A DNA stretch of 64,000 bases from Lingula anatina (lineage: Eukaryota; Animalia; Brachiopoda), in NCBI GenBank assembly GCA_051362555.1, contig CM120640.1, forward strand, positions 13,826,001-13,890,000. The letters are read 5' to 3'. The notes under the pieces were generated by a model. The model was not told the DNA's origin and made no database searches. It saw only the letters and a program-made list of their open reading frames with translations. Below are positions 46,812-60,400 of this stretch, piece by piece. Positions within the stretch are counted from its first letter, which is position 1; each line of letters opens with the position of its first letter. The position numbers and the translations under genes were made by a program.

Positions 46812-46850
46812 CTCTCTTTCTCTCTCTCTCTCACACACACTCACGCACAC
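46812..46850. repeat. Compound (CT)n(CA)n microsatellite preceded by a C run
   Basis: ctctctttctctctctctctcacacacactcacgcacac. Confidence 0.8.
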
Positions 46851-48675
46851 TAATGTACAATTAACTATTCATTCATTGTTCGATTTTTTATTGTCGTACC
46901 TAGAGAAGCTAATGGGCCCAAAAATCAGTTTTTATGTCAGCCATTAGAGCATTCTTCAAATTTTACAAAATGTAAATGGGTTAGCATTATTTATTCGATG
47001 TGCAATTTTTGTGCAGTTTGTCATGTGCAATTGCTTCTATTGACTTTTTTTTGTGAGCAATATGTCTGAGTGCCTTTGTTGCCAAAGGTTAAGATTGCAC
47101 CTGTCACAGAAAACTCCCATTTTCTAATGAACATGGGCCACCGCCTGAGCTGAACCATTCAAGGTGAATATACCCTTCTAATTCCAGGAAACTAGTTTTG
47201 TATTGGTCTGATGTAAGATTAAAACAGTCTGGCAGATGTATAGAATTGGAATTCCCCAAATTACAAGACTGATTTAAAGCAAAGGCACCTGTCCTTAATT
47301 GGTACTTAACAGTTTATAGGGTTCCTTCTTTGTTTAGGAGTGTACCACAGTAATCTTGTGGTGAGATATATTGGGTATGGTTTGCATTTTTGACTATAAT
47401 TTTAACACTAACCAAACTGTCCCTGTTAATTGACCTCTCATGTTACCACCTAGATAGAACATAAAAGAGCCCAGACCCATTCCACAGTATGCATAGCCTC
47501 ATGTGGGATGTGTCTGGGTAAATGTTAGTGGGGTTGCACAAACTGTTGGTACCAGAGTGCACAAGGCAGAGACCCTCTCTTTTCAACTGCATAGGCTGCT
47601 GTATAAACAACATGACTCTGGTGCTTTTTTAAAACCAGACATAAAGAATTTCAGATGGAAAATTCTATTATTGGTTCAAAACAAAACCTTCTTCAGTTTT
47701 GCATTTTTTTCTGATAATTTTGATTTTATTGGTACCAGATAAAGCTGAAAGGCTTTAAAAGTTGAAAAAAAAAGTTTTAGGGTGTCCTGCTTATGCTGCT
47801 TTGAACAGTCTTGCACTTAATTTGTCCATTTAAAAAGAAATTTAAAAACTTATGTTCAAGCTGGTTTTTGTTTTCAATTTTCAGATTCTTTAAGTGGTGA
47901 ATTACTATCACCTTGCAGCAAATTGTTCATATTTAGCATGTGCAGCAGGTTACAACATATAGAATTGCTGATGTTTCCACCCTAAGCCCTCACTGTCATA
48001 AAATTTTTAATTGGTTTTAGGTAGTAAATACAGGCAGTTTTCAGTGTTAGTTATCTCCCGATTTGGTTGAATAAGTGGATATGAACAGAAAGGAAGTGAA
48101 ATTCCAGTGCCACACTTCCTTGTTCCTTGCATTCATTTTAGGAAACAAATTGCTTCAATTACACTCTGGGTCCTTGCACGTGCATGCCCTCATGAGTTAA
48201 GCCTATTTTCTCAGAAAACGTACTATGTTTTTATTTATTAATAGAGATGATTAATTCTTTTTAAAATCATTAGTTACATTTTTTCATGAACTGTCAGAAT
48301 TTTGCCAAAGCCTTTTGCAGGAAAATAATATGAATATTAAAGGGATAACAACTGTTTTTTTTTCTTTTTTCTTTTTTTTAAATAATATCTTAAAAGATTA
48401 TTACAGAGTATAGCCATCTATGGAGGTCACATGGTCCGATGGCAAGCACAGATTTCAGAATAATTGCTTTAACTGCCATTTTTGTGGTAAAATAGAATAA
48501 ATTATATTTCTGTGAGTTGTTTACAATGTTTTTATTATGACATATGGATCTCATATGAAGAATTGTTATCCCTTTAATTTTTGGGGTACGTAAGGTACTT
48601 TTAGTGGTGTTAATTATTTAAGAGATGTTCTGCAATTAACTGAACAATCACTCATTGGATAAGCAAAATAATACA

Positions 48676-48681
48676 TTTATT
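48676..48681 (-). terminator. Candidate AATAAA polyadenylation signal of follistatin (3'UTR about 2.7 kb)
   Basis: tttatt on +, downstream of the stop at 51403. Alternatives exist. Confidence 0.25.
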
Positions 48682-49087
48682 TGTCAAAACATACAAAAAT
48701 AAAATCCTTGCACAAAATTTGATGAGAGCATTATCACAAAACATTTGTGTGGGTTTAAAGAATAATGGGGTTATAGTAATAGTGAGAACCTAGGGAGAAA
48801 ATAGAATCATAAAAGATGGCACAGTTAGTCTGAATTTAGGACTGTTGGCCAGAGTACTGATATTTTGAAAATCCCCTTAATTGGAATATTTCATAAACTG
48901 GATATTGTCTAACATAAATAAGTTACATACATGGTTAAGACAAGTGACATGTGCTTGGACGGAGATTCAGTGAAATTAAATAGTCACAAAACGTATATAC
49001 ATTGCTGCTTACAGGAACAAAAGCATACGTAGAATGGAACATAGGGAGAGAGCGTTTTTCTGTAACTAATGCTGTTGCAATACATTG

Positions 49088-49228
49088 CAGGCCTGTAGCC
49101 AGCAATTTCAAAAGGGGGGTTCTTTTTCTGAAAAAGTGAACCTTTTCCCATAAAAACTTCATGTACCTAGATCAAATTTTACCCAGAGTGGACCTTTTCC
49201 CAGCGAACCCCCCCTGGCTACGGGCCTG
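49088..49228. mobile_element. 141-bp MITE with CAG termini and 5-bp TSD (CATTG)
   Basis: TIRs caggcctgtagccag and ctggctacgggcctg (14 of 15 match). Inner ggggggttc and gaacccccc. cattg lies at both 49083-49087 and 49229-49233. Confidence 0.85.
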
Positions 49229-51402
49229 CATTGGCATTGAAATGTAAAGAAACACCTGCACCTACCAGCCTTCTATTTATATAATTAACAGTTGTATAAT
49301 ATGAACAAATTAATTGACAACTAAATAAATGTTCACCACAGTAATGTGCAGAATGCTGACAGAAAAAGAGGTATTTGATACACATACCTTTAAAGCAGAG
49401 GTTTGTTTTGAATGCATACTAACACTTTTTACAAGTTGTTGTATTCATTTAAATGTCTTCTTTATCTAAAATGAACCTATATCATAGTCTTTATATCTTG
49501 TGTATATTTATAGAAAAACAGAATTCAAATAATAAGTACCTATAGGTTTTGATTTAATTCGATGAATTCTTCATATCCTAATTTTGCCTAGTTTCCAGAA
49601 AAACATATTTGCCTTATAGCCTTTGTCTTGGGTAGTTCAGAAAATCATAAAAATTATAACTGAAAGAAAGATCTTTAAAGCTTTACTGCAGCAGTTATCT
49701 ACTATCAATAATATAAAGTAATCTAGTCTAGTTTTCCTATATATGGCCAAGGAAGCACACTATAGCAAAAATTCAAACTCACTTTCCATGAATATGCTCA
49801 GATTTGACCTCAGATTCTGGTAGTAATTTGCTGCAACAAAACTTAAAGATTTTTTAAGACAACATTTACATCTTGGGATAATGTTACAGCTCCTTGGAGC
49901 TCTTCATCAATATGGTGTCTATGGATGTTGGTTTTTAAGTTTATACCACTACTTTCTGTATTTTTGTCTAACAACTCATTAAATAATTAACATACAGGCT
50001 ACTATTTACAGGAAAATAAATTAGTTACTTAACAAAGCCACACTATAAACTAAAACATATTTCTATGAAGAAAGTACGATTGAGTCAATACTCCTTTATA
50101 CAATGTTATCCATCACTGAAAATTCAAACTCTAGAGATTCCTTTCTGCCATAAATATTATATTTTCACTTTACAGTCGGATTTGATAGCACAATAAAGGC
50201 GAGCGGCTGATGTAGCTAGGGTGTGGTGGAACACATATTCCTGATAACCTATGTGCCACTTTATTGTCAAATCTGGATGACTTTGGTCAGGAAATTTGTC
50301 CTATTTGTGTCATCAGACAACCAGACTACTGTGCAATGGAGAGACCATTTACTACCCTTGCAGCTTGGTGACACATGTCAAAGGCCCATTTCTGATCCAG
50401 AATTTGTATCGTCTAAACAGAATTTATCAGATTTTGAGAGTGGCTTGCTGTTATACGCTGCACTCTTAACTCAAATTAAAATCCTGTTGGACATGTACTT
50501 TACACCAAGTTCTTGTGGACATGTACCTTGTCCAAATATACTGCTGGAATATACTTAAATGGAAGATTAATTGGGCATGTTTCAGTGATTTCTCATTTGA
50601 GGTACTTATTAAGAAAGCTGACATGCACTTGACAGGAAGAAAATCCAGGTCTGTGCCTTACTTCCTTCTTTACTTACTAATTGTAGTACTGACATGCCTA
50701 AAACTGGAATTTATTTCTAACTTTTACCTTTCAGATATACATTTAACTATAGCCAATGTATACATTCAGATTGGACTAGGATATACCTAATGTACATAAA
50801 TAACCAGTTGTCTATACAAACTGTACCTAGAATATTATATATGATACTGACATGTGCATGCATTTGTTGTACGCATACTGTACATGAATATATACCAATA
50901 CATGTACCAACACTTAAAAATGGCAGCTTGTACCAAGGCTTATTTTGTGCTAATAACAGATCTAGACTTGTCCTGAAGGAGTATTTGCCATGGTATTAAA
51001 CCACCTTCACAGTCAAGTGCATTTCCATTTCAAACATTCATAAATTAAATAATTGTTACTGGTATATAATTTACAATAAATATTTTAAATGATAAGGATT
51101 CAGAATATTTTCATGTACAGTAATATCATTTGCAACACAAAAACACATCACCTTTGTTAAGCAAAGTACTAACATGTCAAGAATAATACTGGTTGTAACA
51201 TTCAGTCTGTATATTTGGGTTGTGAGTTTGTTGAAGCTCACAGAGTCCATTTTCCAGGGAATTGAACTTAGTGTTTGTGGCTTTTCATAAGACCCCTGCG
51301 TTCTTATGCTGACTGATTCTGCTGAAAATCCCTCTCCAGCTTGCTGCCTTGCCCTGTCCAAGATGCTCAGTAGACTTGATCCAGTACTTTGCCGTGGCCA
51401 AA

Positions 51403-54400
51403 TCACTCAGTGCTTGGGTCATTTATGCCTGAAGCATCGTAATAGTCCACATTAAATGCATCTAGGAGGAAAGAGGGAAGAAAAACAAACAGGTGAAAAT
51501 TCATGCGAGCACCACAACATCTACTGTGACTAATACACTGTTACATACACATACAATTAAGGTGCATTTGGTAGGATTATTGCTTAGTTTAGAAAAAGGA
51601 GCTGTGCAACCCACAAACTGGACACAAGTCATGGCAGTGCAATTATCAGGTGGTTACTGTTGGAACAGGGAAGGTTGGTGATGGTTTAGGATTACATCAG
51701 TTCAGATTGTTAAGTGACAAAGACTGAAAGAGGTGCATTACTTGCATAGTTGACATAAAGTGAGGATCGAAGGAGGTCTGTCTTGGCAAAGTGCCATCTA
51801 TCCACTTGGCATAAAACACACAAAAAGAGTGGTTTATTGGGAAGTTTTCTTCAAGTCTAGTAGTTTTACAACTGACAAAAGATTTTAACAACTTTCATTT
51901 GGATCTAGAGACACGGGGAATTACGAGAACTAGATTTTTGTATGTTGTTTCTTACCTCCTAATGTTCCACATGCACCAGCATGTTGAGTTTCTATCACTA
52001 CACCCATCTGGCAGGCAGTCTGATGCATCTTGCACCAGCTGCTATAGGTCTGATTATCTGTTCCACAAACTTTTAGTGCCCCATAGTCTGAGCAGTCCAT
52101 ATTACATGACACACACTGCGGTCTTTTTGTTTTAATGTTGACAAGACACTTCTTATTATCTGAGCAAGTTAGATTTTGGCAGGTGATATGACCTATAAAT
52201 AAATGAAAAGAACTCTATGAACAAAAATGTGTATTATAAATATATGACTTTTGTTTACATATGGTGTTTTAATCTGCTAGAATTGTATTGGCAAAAAATG
52301 GACTGGTGGTATTTAACTACAATGAATATGACTGAGAAAATTGTTTAATCAATAAATGTTTTGACCAGTTGCCAACAATTTTAGGAAGTTTCTACAGTCA
52401 GAGAGGTCATTGTTTATTGGCTGTCTGCCAAAGATAAAAGTTCAGTAGGAAGCACTTAAGGCAATTAACATTGGGCAATTAAGATGGGCAAAGTGTGGAA
52501 TGGTTTGGATAAGGGGGAATAGATCAACAAATGCAGATGATGAGAGAGGGTTAAAAGGTACGGGATTGTATTTGTAAAGGAAGTCGGAATTTATGCAAGG
52601 ATTTGTCTAGCATTCACAGAATACACAACTGTCTGTTTGTTTTGATTAAGTATACACTGCTTGTGTATACCATTGTATTCAATAGATACTTTAAAATTTG
52701 GCACTTTGCCAGATTCAGAGTTTTAAGGCACCATGGCAAGTTTAGTAAGAAAGCGTGTGTTGTCACATACATAACTTTCAATGCAGTGGTTTAATAAAGT
52801 GAATTCATGCATATTCTAAAATTTGATAAAAATAAAAAAAGCCTACTTCTCTCCAAGGATATAAAAATTATAAAATGTGTCTCTTCAAATGTAAAACTTT
52901 TGCCAAAAATATAAATCACAGAGGGAGGGAATACAATATGAAATTTCATGTTTCAAATCAGTAAGTTAAACAAGAATTAAAATGTTGTCAAGCATTGTGA
53001 GGAAACTGAAATAATGTAAGAGTTGTTTTTATTTCTTAGTTATCTGCTGATGCAGCTCAAGAAATGGAAGCAATCATCTTCAAACACCTATTATTTACAT
53101 TATAATCAGGATTATGTCTTAAGATCTTAAATTTGTTATTTGCAGTCAAGCCTCCATTGAAAGAAACTGTCAACCTAAAGATACTCAAGGATATTGATGA
53201 CAAAAATAATTCTCCACTTTGAGCACTCTCATGCAGTCAGCAGATTTAATTGTTCCAGGAAAAGATCTGTTTTGTATACCGATAGACTATGGCTTACAGC
53301 AAGGTTGGGTGGGTCAAGTGCAAGGGCAAGTGCACTTAGGGCCACCAGTTTTCTCAATACACAGATTAAATTTCCAAATAACTGATTAGGATCAATTCAA
53401 GGGAACATAAAATACCTAGTAGAAGTGTTCTTTCAGTATTCAAAACAATGCCCTGCCCGTTGATATTTTCTCCCAGCAATCTAGTGCATGTAGCCAGTAT
53501 GTTTTGACTCCTAATCAGTCTGAACTGAATCATTTCAAGGTTTATTTTCACAGTTCTTGATGCCTGACGAAAAGCGATGTGCAATTTTGTCTAAGTATCT
53601 GATATTGATGTTGGAAAAGTGCCATACGCAATTGAAGGCGATAGCCAGAAATGACAATTTGTGAGGTTTTCCAGTACAAAGAAGGCAAATTGTTCCCATG
53701 AAAAAACCATCAAACTCCTTTCTGATTCTCTCCCTGAAAGACAACTCAACTCTATAGACTATATAATTTTATTATATGTTATTGCCTTAGGCTTTTTTAA
53801 AAATTAATATCTAAGTGCACCAAAACCACTAAAAACCTGTGTGTGGTCGTGCATTTTAATTTACACCCTTTCTCAGGTTAAAACATACATGTTGAAAATA
53901 TAATCATATGATTCTATCCATTGGAAAATCTTTTTCAAGATAATTAAAAAAAGGAGAAGGAAGATGAAATCAAGGTCACTGACCTACTTAGTTCAACAGC
54001 TTGAAAAGCACTTCCCTCTCCCCCTCCTCCAAACTGGCTCAACCACAAATGCCCTTTAAATCTCAAAATCAAGCCAATACTGTTTGGTTGACTGTGATCT
54101 AGATATTGGGACAATGGTGCTGCAGTGCACATCATTTACAATAAAAGACCCAGAAAAAGCATTTATTAATGCAACATTTGGCTCCTCTCACTACATCTTC
54201 AACAGGGCATTGTTCTTTTTAAGCCAGCATATTTTATTTTAAGGAGAAAAACTAAACAGATTTATGAAGGGCATAACACAGACCTACACTTAGCAACCTT
54301 GATGATATATTGATGACTAGATCTTTTCAATGGGGGGGGGAATTGTGAATTATACAGATACTGTATTTTTAAGTGATAATTTCTTAAAATAAGAGCATTT

Positions 54401-57400
54401 CTATTGAGTGGTTACAACAAAATTGAAAAAGCAGTTTGACTACCTTATAGAACTATTCTATGCATTAAAAGCACTACAAATGCATACAAAAAATATAATT
54501 TTTATGATTTTAAAATGATGTATCTGAAAGTTTGATAATTTTTGCTCATTGAAAAGATTGAGTCATTACCGTATCTTGGTTTGTCAGGTTTGGTGTCATG
54601 TGGATTTAAGTTGGCTTTATGACTGACACTTAATATTTCACCAATACCAGAGGATGTAAGAAAAATTGCGACAATAACCTTGACACCTACCCATCTCTTT
54701 TTATCAATTGAGAAGAGGGAAATGCACTGCGTAACTGTAGAAACAAGTCTACACATTGTTAACATTTCTGCATGGAATTCCACCTTGTCACCTCTTTGTT
54801 TGGATGGTCTCCCAACTGACCTGAACTCGCACAAACTAAATTTCCATTCCCATTTCAGTCCTGTACCCTCTTACCCTCTTCCCCCGTAAATAGCTCCTCT
54901 GTCTAGGAATCTGTTAGTAGAAGCTGTCTAAGAATGGTTTGAATTAAAGAGCCTTTGACTTTCGTTTAGAATTCATTTTTGTAAAGAAGATATTTATACT
55001 CCAGACTGGTAATGTTTCCTTTATCTACTAAAACTAATTCAGACGAGCCAGCAATAGATTATGGTGTACCCAATGACCTATGTAAATCTGCATGTATTTT
55101 TATTTTCTTTGTAACAGAGTAAATGAGTGGATTTTCTATAAACTATTAAATAAGAAGAAACCTGCAAATCATTTTTAAAACAAATTTTCATTTGCTTTAA
55201 CCAAAATGTATTTTGCAGCAATTAATGAAATAATATATATACTAGATAGCTGAACCCTCGAGTCTTGTGCTTATCTTATGCTTGTGCTAAATATCTACGT
55301 GATCTTTTTATGGAATGCATTTGACACTGATGGTTGTCTTTAAAAATTTGCTCCTTCATGGACTAAAATTTACTATTCTCTGGGTATTAGGAAAAAAAGG
55401 CCAGACAGTTGCTTTCAATTTCGGGAGTATATACAAAATTTCAGAGTTAAAGAGCTTGTAAGTTTTCCCAAGACACATTGATTAGCAGTTGATTGAATTC
55501 ATTCCTATGCATAACCCCTACAATTCTTCAGGTTAATTTGCTGAATTAAATGAATGTTGAAAGAATTATGTTTTTTTTTTCTATGATACCACTATTAAAG
55601 CTGCATTTATACTGTTTCTCTAAACTCGAATTTGACTTAGAATTAAAAGCATTTTAAAAACTTTAAAAGTTGCAGAAATGGAAAAGATAGTCCAGGTGAG
55701 TGCAGGTGTAAGCATGTGGGAGGTGTCACATGTGATGAAAGCCATTTCAGTTTGTTCATGTTTCATCTATCCATACCAAAAAAAGTCCTAAACTTCAAAT
55801 TCTCAAAAATTATCCAATACGAAATTTCACTTACAACTACAATGCAGCATAGGCTTAATCTATTAAATTTTTGCCTGAGTAACTTCTGGATTAAAACTGA
55901 ATAACATCACCATCGGTTCAAAATCACATTTCAGAGACGACAAGTGGTGGCATTTCTTTAAATTTTCTGGCTTTGCATTTTTGGACCATGGATTTTGTAT
56001 TTACCGAACACTACAGAATATTGGATTTAAACTTGTATGCCAAAGAAACATTATCATGAACTAGCATCTAAAATTCCATTGGATGATACAGGACAAGCCT
56101 TTTGGAAATAAAATTTAATCTCCAGACTTTTCCCCTTGTAGAAATATTTTGTCTGGTGTTCGTGTAGAAGCTTACCTTGACATGGGCCGTGGTAGGCACT
56201 GCCTATTGTCCTGCCTTTCCTGCAAGTGGCTTGTTGCAGCAAGCAGAAGCTTTCATAGGTGACGCCATCAGCCCCACAGATCATCTGGCTGGCACTGTGG
56301 GCGGGAGGACAGTGGATAGAGCAGTACACACAGTGAGGCATGCCATTCTGATCCACCACACAGTTTTTGTTGTCAGTGCATATTACATTATCACAGGATT
56401 CTGAAAGTTTGAAAAGGGAATTTTTAAAAGTTTTGGACATAATTGTGCCTATGATAGAAATTGAACATCAAGAAATTCTGATGCACCTTAGACTTTTCTC
56501 CAATCCTTTCAAACATGTTAAATATCATACAGAAAAAGTTCATTTTAGCAACTGAAAAGCAGTTAACATAAACAATCCTTGCACTACAGTAGACACAGAC
56601 ACTCACTTTGACATCTTCCAAAATAAGCAATTTCCACTTTTTTATTGTGTCTGCAGTTATATTTGAGCATACTACAGTGATTTCGGTACATTCTGCCATC
56701 AGTACCACATAGCGGGCCTTTGTGCTGAGGTCGGTTACTGGAACATCGCGGAGCACACACACACTTGGGGCGGCCATTGCGCATTTTGCATCTCTTGCCT
56801 TCCTCACATTTTACCTGCTCACAGGTCTCTGAGGGAAAAAACAAAAAGTTTTAAAAAATAATCATAATCATAAAATTGCTCAATCACCATTAAATGAACT
56901 TTAAATACAAAGTAATGCCTTATTATCACATGCTTATTTTGATGTAATAACTTGCCTCCAATGCTGTTAAAGACAATTCTGGTGTCTTTTTTTAAAACGA
57001 AATGTAAATTTGTTTGAAGTTCAGAAGGTTAAACATAAGAAGCACATATATATTTATATATAAGGAAGGACAAAATGTCAAATCTATCAGTAAACAACAG
57101 ACAGAAGGAGCACATAAACATTACAGGCTCAGAACATTAGTGCAGCTGTATGCTGCAAACTAGTGTGGATTTGATGGAGCTAACATCTGTTTTCACCTGA
57201 GTTGCTAGAGATGCTAGAGCTATGCAAAGCACTTGTTGCGGTTTTGATGTTATGCTTTTGGCAGACACTTGTTGCAGTGTGCAATAGAAAAAGCACATTT
57301 TCCTAGAAATTGATAAATGGATCTCTTCTGTAGAGACCAAGTGAAAAATTGTGAAAGTAAATTTAAACTTTCTTGCAAGGGGGTGGTGTGTGAAATGGAT

Positions 57401-60400
57401 GGATGGGATGTGGAATGGGGATCATCCAAGATATCCCAAGGTCTCACAACAAAATGTAATATCAAGCTAGATTTCTCACACCTCATATTGCTTCTGACGT
57501 GTTTTTATATTGCATCATGCAGTTTTAGACTCTTGGATGAGCCCCCTTAATGGTGTTCACTTGACATGTGTATTGTTGGCATTCTTTCATTATTTAAGTG
57601 CCAATTTTATCAGAACAGTTCTGCAGAACCTGACAGAAGAGAGTATATTGGAAAAGTGGGGTACATGTATCATCTGCTACCTGCTCTTTATTCTCTGATT
57701 TAGAAATAATAGCATGTATTGAAATTGGAAGAAATTAATTAGCAAGTCACGAACAATTATTGAATAAATGTGTTGCACTGTCTAAGTACAACCAACTAAA
57801 CATGTTCTATTGCATTACGTAATATGTCCTCTGTTTCTATTATTTTTAGAACATGATTACAAAATTATACAACAAGGCTCATTCAAAAGGTGTAAGACTT
57901 GTCAGGATTTATTATGGGAGAAATATGTTAAAACTGTTAATAAGGGGAGGGAGGAAATAGGAAACACACATTTTGCACTAAAAAAAGAACTTCACAGGCA
58001 AAAATGTTTTTCAAGAGTCTTTTTTTAAGGAAATACCAAATTAAATGTTATTCAGTGTATATCAAAATAGACCAAAACAGGTCTGAAAGGATAATATGAT
58101 TAGAACAGAAGTGCTTTATCCTTATTGCCTCTTAGATTTCTTAGTGTTGATGTCACTAAGATAGAAAGCTTCTGGTTTGTATCTACTCAAATGTATTCAT
58201 TAACAGTTGTCACTTTCTGAAAGTCTTCATAAAGGTAATGATGGGCATTGCATTTTTTCAGTTTAATTAGCCTGGTCAAACAGATCTGTATATCCAGACG
58301 ATCATGTAACAGGTGTTTTTCTTGTACTTAATTATATTGTAGACAGGTTCCCTGGATACCTTTTTCTTAGACTTTTGACAAAAAGCCAACTACCTTAGTT
58401 AACTTCTTTGCTAAATAAATAACCTGGCCCTTCATACAAACGTCAGTCTGTTGGCACCCGTCATCTTATACAGGGCTACAATGAGCATGATCATGATTGT
58501 GGGCTTTCAGATTTACTCATAAACTGCTTTTTCTATTTATTTTCAGTTTTCACAATTACACAAAGGGTCTCTGTTGTTAGTTGTACTTTCTAAGAGAATA
58601 TAACATAGTTTCTCCATAGTCTTGACAGAGATGGTGCTCTTTGCAAACCATGAACTGTGTATCATACCTTGGCAAGGTTGGCAGTTTGGAGCCCCTTGTC
58701 TTATGGCCAAAATGTAGAACAGTTCCCCTGAGGATAAGTCTTCTGGTGTCCATGCCCTATTTGCATGCCCCCTTCTGCAGCATTCCTCCCGGGATACATT
58801 GCCTTTATAGAAACTTTGGCACAGTCCATTGCTGCCAACCATCAACCAGCAATTCCCAGCTGAAATATAAGAAGATGTAGCAAGAAATAACTATGTTGTA
58901 TTGTGTAGAAGAAACCATCATTCACAGTTTGAAGCTTGGGGTGCATGGTTTGTGGGAGCACTTTTCTAATTGGCCTAGGAGCTGTTAGCTCAAGTAAAAA
59001 TTATATTATGCAATGTATGGTAAAATGGAACCACCTTTGGCCAATTTGATTAAAGAATTTGAAGGCTCAGTTGATTTGTTCCTTCTAAAAAATAAAAGAC
59101 ATGGACAAATAAACCCCAAAAGAATTGCTGCTGACAGAAAACCTGAATGCAACATCCCCTTCCTTCTCAAAATCCTGTGCCTGAAAAAGATAATCATAAG
59201 TAATTTTCCTTGTTGATATACTGATGCTACGCTTACCAACTCACTCGGTCAATTAACCAAACCTCCCAGGAACTGTTGCAGACTGATTCAGATGGTTGAA
59301 CACAGAACATAATACGTAAAGAACAAAACCTGCACTACCAGTTGCTTGGAAGAGAGCAACGTTTGCATTGTGTGACAAGGAAATTGAAGAACAAATCATA
59401 TAGACAAAATACCCAGAGGCAGTAAAAGATGATTGTAACTAGAAATTTGTAAAATACAAAAAGGAAACACACTGTTCCGATAGTATAATATGAGATTAAA
59501 TTGGTAAGCATCTCCACATAGCCGTTGGAGATATCTGGCACTCATGCACAAGTCGTAGGAAGGATGTTTAATCAGTGTTTGTTGTACTACCACGAGGAGG
59601 CTTTGTGTTAACATTGATTACCCATTGTGGATACGTTTATCAACCATATCCAACTGAAAATTATAAAGAAAGGGGTTATTTCCTCCCAATCATCTTATTG
59701 GAATAATGAGTCAGGTTGAAGACTAAATGACAAAGAACACTGGAGTACACTACCCTTGCACAGAAGCCTATGTCATGGATCCAATGAGATGCTTAACAAA
59801 TCGTCAAAGCATAAAACATTGTACAAATAATGGAACAGTAACTTGTGTAGAGTAGAATTTATTTCCACCGCAGAACAGAACTTGGCAGCAAGCCCAGAAG
59901 ACTGGAATTTAAGAATTAGCTGGTAGATGCAAGGCTGTTCATCACGTCTTACAGACGATTTAGTTTTCGGTTTGGTTCGTAATTTAGGAATATTTCACAG
60001 TCAAGGCATTCTTGAAGACTTTGTTTAATGATATGTCCAGACAAAAACAGTAGATCCGTAATGTGAACCTGTTGGCCCAAGTTACGAATATTGGATATTA
60101 GCTTAAATCAATCAAAAATATATATATATTTGAAAGAAAGCAATTAATTGCCATCGTTTCAGTGTCGTCTCAGTGTCGTGGGTCATGGCTAAACTACACT
60201 CTCACCTCCAGTCAAGAAAACATACGTTGATACTTAGTTCAGTCAAGTGCTATTGCTGGTGTTGTCCAATGCAATGGATATGATTTATCGTAGGCGGTAT
60301 ATTTAAAGTGTTTTGAAATATGACACTCACTAATTTCAAGATCGTCTTTTTGTGCATAAGCAGCTGCGGCACACGGCGTAGGAGGGAGGGGGCATCATTA

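Noticed and set aside
51071-51406. 111-aa ORF overlapping the follistatin stop codon
   Set aside because: Joining it to exon 5 needs a rare GAG acceptor with no pyrimidine tract, and the peptide resembles nothing I recognise. Treated as 3'UTR.
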